From positions 24,921 through 56,920 of the forward strand of contig CABMGU010000077.1 in NCBI GenBank assembly GCA_902385765.1: DNA of 32,000 nucleotides, written 5' to 3'. Source of the stretch: an uncultured archaeon. GTDB lineage: Archaea > Nanobdellota > Nanobdellia > Woesearchaeales > ARS49. Positions 27,033-32,000 of the stretch are shown here, one piece after another. Within the stretch, counting starts at the first letter, position 1, and each line of letters begins with the position of its first letter. A program made the position numbers and the translations under genes. Under the pieces are notes generated by a model. That model was not told the origin of the DNA and did not search any database. It saw only the letters and a list, made by a program, of their open reading frames with translations.

Positions 27033-27274
27033 TCAGAATGCCCCCATTGTACCAGCAGGTCAACGCCCAGCCTATTTAATTCTAGCGGTATATCGCAGGC
27101 TCCCCAGCAGCTTCCCAGCCATATCATGATTCTCGCATCGGTTCTTTTTTGCAGTTCTTTGACGATTTCCTGCGCGCTTGGCTTTAGTCCGTCTGGAAGC
27201 TGTATGCATACTGTTTTTGCGCCGGTTATCTTCTGTTCTACTTTATCCAGCTCTAAATCATAGTTTTCCATCAT
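27020..27274 (-). pseudogene. dph2: Truncated Dph2 (diphthamide synthesis radical-SAM enzyme): N-terminal ~80 aa only
   Basis: MMENYDLELDKVEQKITGAKTVCIQLPDGLKPSAQEIVKELQKRTDARIMIWLGSCWGACDIPLELNRLGVDLLVQWGHSEW matches the Dph2 N-terminal domain (..V.lQ.PeGL......i...l......v.i.....yGACD.......lg.D.lvH.GHS). A stop then follows. No other frame continues the homology. Confidence 0.7.
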
Positions 27275-27282
27275 TTTTGAAG

Positions 27283-27355
27283 CGCCCCCGGTGAGACTCG
27301 AACTCACGACCCACTGATTAACAGTCAGTTACTCTACCGGCTGAGCTACGGGGGC
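27283..27355 (-). tRNA. tRNA-Asn (anticodon GTT)
   Basis: The minus-strand sequence is GCCCCCG TA GCTC AGCCGGTA GAGT A ACTGA CTGTTAA TCAGT GGGTC GTGAG TTCGAGT CTCAC CGGGGGC G. This is a 73-nt canonical cloverleaf with a TTCGAGT T-loop. CCA is not encoded. Confidence 0.95.
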
Positions 27356-27370
27356 TTAAGAATTGCTCAC

Positions 27371-28009
27371 TTAGAAGGCATTTAAATATGTTTTGCTTGC
27401 CGTATGAAGCTGAATGAGGTTTCTTTTGTTTGAGGAACCGATGACCGAACGCCACAATGTCAGGTTTTTAAATCCCGCCACTTCTAAGCGGTAATTGTCT
27501 GCATTTCGGGATACGGAACCGGTAAACCCGTGATTTTTTAAAAGCAACATTACGGAGTTGAGAAATGAGTAGTTTTTGCTTTTGATTTCAATTCTGGGAT
27601 AATATGCTTGCGTTCTGTGTTGTTTTGATAATATAACGCATCCGTCTGTATCAAATAGACCCCTGACAAAAGCTAATTGCCTGCATTTTGACTTTAATAC
27701 AAAATCGGGAATTTTGAGTAGAGAATATTTTTTGCCGACGGGAATCTCTAATTCTTGAAATCTTTTAAACATCTCTTTATCACTGAATTTTATGAAGATG
27801 GTGTTTTCATCTTTTCTTTTATGAGAATTTACCAGTTTTCCAAAAACTTTGTAAAAAAGATTTGGCACATACCTCTCCATGTAATCATCATCTTTTAGGC
27901 TGTTGCCTGAACAGTAAATGTAATATTTTACTTGGGACTTTGAGCTGGACAGGCATCCGTCTCCGCACATTATTCCTAGAAGTTCAGCCAGAGCCTGGTC
28001 TTTTTTCAT
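27371..28009 (-). mobile_element. Free-standing double-motif LAGLIDADG homing endonuclease gene
   Basis: The two LAGLIDADG motifs are LAELLGIMCGDGCL and LAFVRGLFDTDGCV. The protein is 212 aa. The gene ends 15 nt upstream of tRNA-Asn on the same strand. Confidence 0.85.
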
Positions 28010-28052
28010 TTAGAATATTGTTGCCTGTTCTATTTATAGCTGTTACGCGTGG

Positions 28053-28122
28053 TTGTCCAGTGCCTTTTTTGTCCAGTGCTTATCGACGATGAAAATCCGG
28101 AAGATTTACGAATTGTCCAGTG
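28053..28122 (+). repeat. Three direct copies of TTGTCCAGTG in the intergenic region
   Basis: Exact 10-mers lie at 28053-28062, 28069-28078 and 28113-28122, each followed by (C/A)(C/T)T. A partial TGTCCAGT lies further downstream inside ORF 28181. Confidence 0.7.
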
Positions 28123-28180
28123 ACTTTATCTCTAAGCGTTAGATTTATATACGCAAAGAATTATTTATATACTGAAAAAG

Positions 28181-28483
28181 ATGGTGAAGCAAAAACTTGG
28201 TCTGATATTGTTGGCTTTTGTAGCTGTTGTTGCTATTGGAGGCTTTACTGTCCAGTTGCGGGACACAGTCACTGGTGATTATACTGCGACCAATGTGGGC
28301 CGTTGGTATGCTGGTGCGCAGAAAGCCCAGATGCAGCCTGATGAGGCCTGCACTTATTCCGGTCTTGAGCCGATGTATCCTTGGCAGGTTTATACTAATG
28401 AGTATGGTACTTTTATGAGTTTGTGCAAGAAAGACGGATATTATGTCGGAGTGCCTCTTGTTCAGACAGTTATTGTTCCTTAG
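28181..28483 (+). CDS. Small N-terminally anchored / exported protein, 100 aa
   Basis: MVKQKLGLILLAFVAVVAIGGF is a hydrophobic N-terminus. The ectodomain is aromatic-rich and has 2 Cys. Confidence 0.55.
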   Translation: MVKQKLGLILLAFVAVVAIGGFTVQLRDTVTGDYTATNVGRWYAGAQKAQMQPDEACTYSGLEPMYPWQVYTNEYGTFMSLCKKDGYYVGVPLVQTVIVP

Positions 28484-30041
28484 ATTTTTTTTCTATAAAA
28501 TCTATTACCTTGCTTGATTCTGTGCTTGGCTGTTGAACCGGTGGTGTTTGCACTGGCTGTTGTGGCGCTGGTTGTGCCTGAGATGGCAGTGTAAGTATTG
28601 GTATTTTTGATGGCGGGCTTGGCAGTGTTGGTTTGCCTTTCACGATTATGTATGCCGTGCATATGCTTGCTCCGAACAGGAGTATTGCCATTGTCCAGAG
28701 TATTGTGTTGACTGTGTCTATTGGCTTTCTTGGTGTTTCTGTTTTTGGCGCTTCTGTTGTTTCTGTTTGTGTTGCCTGTCCTGTTGTTGGCGCTATTACT
28801 TTTGGTGCTTCAGGCGGTGATGGTGGTGCTGGTGTTTGTTCAGGCGCTGGCGTTGCTGGTTGTTCTGTTGGTTGTTCGATTCCTTCTGTTTCCTCGCTTG
28901 TTGGGCTGAACGTTGGTGTTGTTTCCCCTTCAAAAGTGCAATAGCCAGGGTACATCTTTGGTCGTTCGCACATGCGGTTTATCATTTCCAGGTTTGTTCC
29001 GCAGCAGCTGTATTGCTCGTATGAGCAGGTTTTGCATCCTGTGAATGCGTATTGCTGGCTGCCTCCGCTTCCTCCTCCTGGTCCGCATCCGGATATTGTA
29101 TAGTAATGGCAGGTTCCTTGTTCGCATACGCCTCTTGTGCACGAGCCCCCTTCATTGCAGTCGTCATCTCCATAGCAGTGGTCTAAAGTTATTTCTCCGT
29201 TTTCATCGTCAAACTGTTGTGTTGAGAACGGTTGTGATGACTGGTCTGTTGCTGACGCGCTTTGGAATGTTAGTGCGCTTGTTCCTGCTGCAACTGGCGT
29301 GTATCTGATGGTTGCTATGTTTACGCCTGTTTGTGCATCGCAGTCTGCGTTCTGGACATTTAATCCGTTGACTGCTATTGTTACAGAATCAGATGCTATG
29401 GTGTGCGAGCCGCTTCCTTGTTTTATTGAGACGCTTGTTGCCTTGACTATTCTCGGGTCGTGCGTTATGACCATGTTTGTTGATTTGACTGCTCTTTGCA
29501 GACGGGTGTTTGAGAGGCAGATGTTTACGTCGACTGGCGCTTTTATTGTTCCTCTCACTTTCGGCAGTTTGAGTTTTGTCAGCGGCGCTATTACTTTTAT
29601 TTTTGCTCCTGTGCCTGTTGCCTCAAGCGGGTTTCCTTCGCTGTCGCTGACTGTTAATTCTGTTATGTCCAGCTGGTATTCTCCTGCCGGTGTGGCTTCC
29701 GGTATTGTATATGATAGTGTCATTATTGGTCCTGTTCCTGCTGGTATTCCTGGCGTGTTTCCTCCGAATGCAGAGTAGACTGTTGTTTTGTCAGGAGTGT
29801 TTGCTGTTGCTCCGCTCAGTCCTCCTCCCAGTCTGGTTCCGCTTGTTGACGTCGAGAAAGTTATTGGACTGCTTTCTGTTATCTTTGCCGAGAATCCCCA
29901 TATCGGCGCATCATTTTGCAAGTTCAGGTTAACGGTTACTGTTTGTCCTGGTTCTCCTGATACAGGCGATAGCGTGAAGGTTGTTGCAGCGCTCGCGCTA
30001 GCTGCCATTATAAGTATTAGCAATAGTGTTGTTTTGTTCAT
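28470..30041 (-). CDS. Surface protein: signal peptide, two cohesin-like beta-domains, Cys-rich module, P/T/E/Q linker, C-terminal TM anchor and P/Q-rich tail
   Basis: MNKTTLLLILIMAASASA is the signal peptide. FTLSPVSGEPGQTVTVNLNLQNDAPIWGFSAKI is typical of cohesin domain starts. The Cys-rich module spans about 16 Cys within CYGDDDCNEGGSCTRGVCEQGTCHYY...CKTCSYEQYSCCG. The TM helix is ILWTMAILLFGASICTAYIIV. Confidence 0.75.
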   Translation of the reverse strand: MNKTTLLLILIMAASASAATTFTLSPVSGEPGQTVTVNLNLQNDAPIWGFSAKITESSPITFSTSTSGTRLGGGLSGATANTPDKTTVYSAFGGNTPGIPAGTGPIMTLSYTIPEATPAGEYQLDITELTVSDSEGNPLEATGTGAKIKVIAPLTKLKLPKVRGTIKAPVDVNICLSNTRLQRAVKSTNMVITHDPRIVKATSVSIKQGSGSHTIASDSVTIAVNGLNVQNADCDAQTGVNIATIRYTPVAAGTSALTFQSASATDQSSQPFSTQQFDDENGEITLDHCYGDDDCNEGGSCTRGVCEQGTCHYYTISGCGPGGGSGGSQQYAFTGCKTCSYEQYSCCGTNLEMINRMCERPKMYPGYCTFEGETTPTFSPTSEETEGIEQPTEQPATPAPEQTPAPPSPPEAPKVIAPTTGQATQTETTEAPKTETPRKPIDTVNTILWTMAILLFGASICTAYIIVKGKPTLPSPPSKIPILTLPSQAQPAPQQPVQTPPVQQPSTESSKVIDFIEKKSKEQ

Positions 30042-30072
30042 CTCTTTCTTGATGGGATTATTGGAAATTGGT

Positions 30073-30080
30073 ATTTAAGT
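30073..30080. promoter_or_regulatory. Candidate TATA-like box ATTTAAGT (left copy)
   Basis: It lies about 32-39 nt upstream of the minus-strand ATG at 30041. Read on the plus strand, it lies about 28 nt upstream of the outer stem of element B. The identical 8-mer recurs at 30241-30248. Confidence 0.3.
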
Positions 30081-30083
30081 GTT

Positions 30084-30207
30084 TTGGCGTAGTGAGCTCT
30101 ATGCCAAATTTCGCTGCTCTGGTCCTACGGACTGAATTATCTCTCCCCTTAGCTATGCGTGGGGAGAGATAATTCACCTCGCTTAAGCCGAGGCAGAGCG
30201 GTGAAAT
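30084..30207 (+). ncRNA. Structured element copy B: a 9-bp hairpin followed by a four-way-junction (cloverleaf-like) fold; candidate novel ncRNA or DNA structural repeat
   Basis: The leading hairpin is ttggcgtag-tgagct-ctatgccaa (30084-30107). The 14-bp outer stem pairs 30108-30121 with 30194-30207. Inner hairpins are gtcc-tac-ggac, (t)gaattatctctcccc-ttagctatgcgt-ggggagagataattc(a), and cctcg-cttaagc-cgagg. The three non-Watson-Crick pairs are all G-T as read on the plus strand. Confidence 0.6.
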
Positions 30208-30240
30208 GTGTGTCTTGGGATTGTATTGGCAGAGCAAAGC

Positions 30241-30248
30241 ATTTAAGT
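30241..30248 (+). promoter_or_regulatory. Candidate TATA-like box ATTTAAGT (right copy) for the protease gene
   Basis: It lies about 41 nt upstream of the ATG at 30282. Confidence 0.3.
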
Positions 30249-30281
30249 AGTGAATATTTCCTAGTAGTGGAAAAAGAGACT

Positions 30282-32000
30282 ATGAATCCGCGAATAAGAA
30301 TATATGTGGCTTTCGGCATGTTGGCGTTCTTTGCTTTTCTTATTTGGAATCCTGTTTTTACCGGTCAGGTGACTGGTGGAGAGCCTGAGAGGGTTGTTGT
30401 TGTTTTGAAAGCGCAGTCATCGAGCAATGGTTTGACTGGTGCTTTTTCTGCCGACGATTCGATTGTTGAATTAAAAGCAGCTACCGGGGTTGCCCAGCAG
30501 GAGGTTTTGGATGACGTTAATGCTCCTTCTTTGCTGGACAGGGTTACTGGCAATACTGCTCCTGATGTTGAGGTCGAGAGGAGTCTTGAGATTGTTCCTG
30601 CTATGATTGTAGAAGCGACTCCTGAGGGTATTAAGGAGTTGAAAGCTCACCCGTTGGTTGAAGCGGTTTATGCGAATATTGATTTTAATTTGCTTCTTTC
30701 AGACAGTGTGCCTTTGATTAATGCTGATGATGTTTGGCAGTTGCAGGTTAATGGAAAGCCTGTGGATGGCAGTGACGTCAGTGTTTGCGTTATTGATACT
30801 GGTATTTCTCCTAATTCTGCTTTCCAGAGCAGGATTGTTAATCAGAAATGTTTCTGTTCTCCTAACTGTTGCCCGAATGGCGAGTCAACTGATGATTTGG
30901 CTACTGATGTTCATCCTATCAGCCACGGTACTCACGTCTCAGGCATTATCGCTGCTAATGGGCAGTACAAGGGTGTTGCACCTGGCGCGAATATTGTCTC
31001 TGTAAAGGTTTGTGGTAATACTTGCAGTCTTGCAGATATTATTTCTGGGATGGATTATTGTTTGCAGGTTAAGGATACTTATGATGTTGTTGCTATCAGC
31101 GGAAGTCTTGGTGATGGTGGCAGTTATCAGACTCAGGAGCAGTGTCCTACTTTCTTTGATTCTGCTATTAATGCGGCGTATGATGCTGGTATTACGAGTG
31201 TTTTTGCTTCTGGAAATAATGGTTACTTGAACGGTATTAGTTATCCTGGTTGCAGTCCTAATGCTATTGGTGTTGGCGCAACCGACAAGAGCGATGTTAT
31301 TGCAAGCTTTACTAATCGTGGAGAACTGCTTGATGTGCTTGCTCCTGGCGTGTCGATTACAAGCACGAAAGCAGGAGAGGTTTATGGTGTTTTGTCAGGG
31401 ACTTCTCAGGCTACGCCTCATGTTTCTGGTGTTGTTGCTTTGCTTCAGCAGGTTGCAAAAGCCAGAAATATTCAGCTGACTCCTGCCCAGATTCGTCAGA
31501 AATTGCAGGATACTGGTGTTTCGGTTGGCAGTTGGAAGCGTGTTGATGCTCTTGCTGCTGTTCAGTCAATTATGCCTCAGAATACTGCCCCTGCAGCAAC
31601 GATTACTGCTCCTGCAGAGTCTGCAACTCTTGAATCTCCTGTTACTTTGGAAGGAAGCGCGACTGACGCAGAGGATGGAACTCTTGCACCAGAAAAACTG
31701 TCCTGGACTTCAGACATTGACGGTGCTCTTGGCACTGGAAACTCTCTGCCTGCAACACTGACAGTTGGACCTCACACGATTACCTTGACTGCAACCGATA
31801 GCGGAGCTCTTACTGATTCAAAAGTTGTTCACATTACTGTTCAAGAGCACCAGAATGCTGCTCCTGTTGCGACTATTACTGCTCCAACAGAAGGCACAAC
31901 TCTTGTATCTCCTGTTACTATGGAAGGAAGCGCTACAGATGCAGAAGACGGACATTTGCCTCGCGAGGATATGTCCTGGTCTTCAAGAATAGAAGGTAAT
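30282..32000 (+). CDS. Secreted subtilisin-like (S8) serine protease with C-terminal Ig/PKD-like repeats; continues past the right window edge
   Basis: The frame is open from the ATG at 30282 to the window end (573 codons), so it is not in the ORF track. The catalytic triad blocks are VCVIDTGI (Asp), SHGTHVSGIIAA (His) and LSGTSQATPHVSGVVALL (Ser). The N-terminal signal is MNPRIRIYVAFGMLAFFAFLIWNPVFTGQV. Confidence 0.92.
   Translation, partial: MNPRIRIYVAFGMLAFFAFLIWNPVFTGQVTGGEPERVVVVLKAQSSSNGLTGAFSADDSIVELKAATGVAQQEVLDDVNAPSLLDRVTGNTAPDVEVERSLEIVPAMIVEATPEGIKELKAHPLVEAVYANIDFNLLLSDSVPLINADDVWQLQVNGKPVDGSDVSVCVIDTGISPNSAFQSRIVNQKCFCSPNCCPNGESTDDLATDVHPISHGTHVSGIIAANGQYKGVAPGANIVSVKVCGNTCSLADIISGMDYCLQVKDTYDVVAISGSLGDGGSYQTQEQCPTFFDSAINAAYDAGITSVFASGNNGYLNGISYPGCSPNAIGVGATDKSDVIASFTNRGELLDVLAPGVSITSTKAGEVYGVLSGTSQATPHVSGVVALLQQVAKARNIQLTPAQIRQKLQDTGVSVGSWKRVDALAAVQSIMPQNTAPAATITAPAESATLESPVTLEGSATDAEDGTLAPEKLSWTSDIDGALGTGNSLPATLTVGPHTITLTATDSGALTDSKVVHITVQEHQNAAPVATITAPTEGTTLVSPVTMEGSATDAEDGHLPREDMSWSSRIEGN
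31581..32000 (+). repeat. Tandem 273-nt (91-aa) domain repeat inside the protease gene
   Basis: Unit 1 begins NTAPAATITAPAESATLESPVTLEGSATDAEDGTLAPEKLSWTSDIDGALG. Unit 2 begins at 31854 with NAAPVATITAPTEGTTLVSPVTMEGSATDAEDGHLPREDMSWSSRIEGN and is cut by the window edge. Confidence 0.85.

Noticed and set aside
26605-27063. 152-aa minus-strand ORF tested as a frameshifted continuation of dph2
   Set aside because: The sequence (N/T/R/S-rich) shows no Dph2 similarity. It overlaps the clearly hydrophobic membrane-protein frame 26637..27032.
27275-27307. N-terminal extension of ORF 27020..27307
   Set aside because: It overlaps the 3' end of tRNA-Asn. Dph2 homology begins only at the internal MMENYDL.
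28053-28122. TTGTCCAGTG repeats as a CRISPR array
   Set aside because: The repeats are only 10 nt long, the spacing is irregular (16 and 44 nt), and there are only three copies. No cas genes are in the window.
28633-29778. Plus-strand ORFs opposite the cohesin-like gene (28633..28944, 29299..29778 and others)
   Set aside because: They are shadow ORFs with V/L/F/G-rich composition. The minus frame has a signal peptide, domain structure and a TM anchor.
30721-31761. Plus-strand L/M-rich ORFs (30721..31005, 31012..31230, 31261..31479, 31516..31761) and minus-strand ORF 30365..30553
   Set aside because: They are out of frame with, or antisense to, the open subtilisin frame that carries the complete D-H-S catalytic triad.

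Overview
This is a compact archaeal chromosomal window, moderately AT-rich. It has short spacers, TTTATATA-type TATA boxes and GGAGG/GGGGG ribosome-binding motifs. Most of it is housekeeping. A thermosome gene runs off the left edge. There is an ftsZ-secE-spt5(nusG)-rpl11 cluster, and genes for cmk, an FKBP and a cyclophilin PPIase, Elp3, a NOL1/NOP2/Sun RNA m5C methylase, class I GAPDH, a D-2-hydroxyacid dehydrogenase, PGK and RNase P protein Rpp21. A lipid head-group cluster carries pssA, psd, a second CDP-alcohol phosphatidyltransferase and carS. tRNA-Asn(GTT) is present. A subtilisin-like protease runs off the right edge. Archaeal markers combined with many lineage-specific small membrane or secreted ORFs suggest an uncultivated, possibly DPANN-like archaeon; this is inference only. 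The observations most worth a second look are these. (1) Two copies of a fully base-paired four-way-junction (cloverleaf-like) element with compensatory stem changes lie at 21760-21842 and 30108-30207. It matches nothing I recognise. (2) A tandemly duplicated module at 16149-19411 pairs a polytopic membrane protein with a small P-loop-less KaiC/DUF835-like protein. (3) Two unknown genes are wedged into the conserved ftsZ-secE-nusG-L11 cluster, and SecE, Spt5 and L11 all carry unusual extensions. (4) A four-gene envelope operon contains paralogous CxETC domains. (5) A tightly packed run holds a free-standing LAGLIDADG endonuclease, tRNA-Asn and a truncated dph2, next to a triple TTGTCCAGTG repeat. 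(6) A cohesin-like surface protein lies divergent to the protease. All family assignments come from motifs read by eye; no database search was possible.
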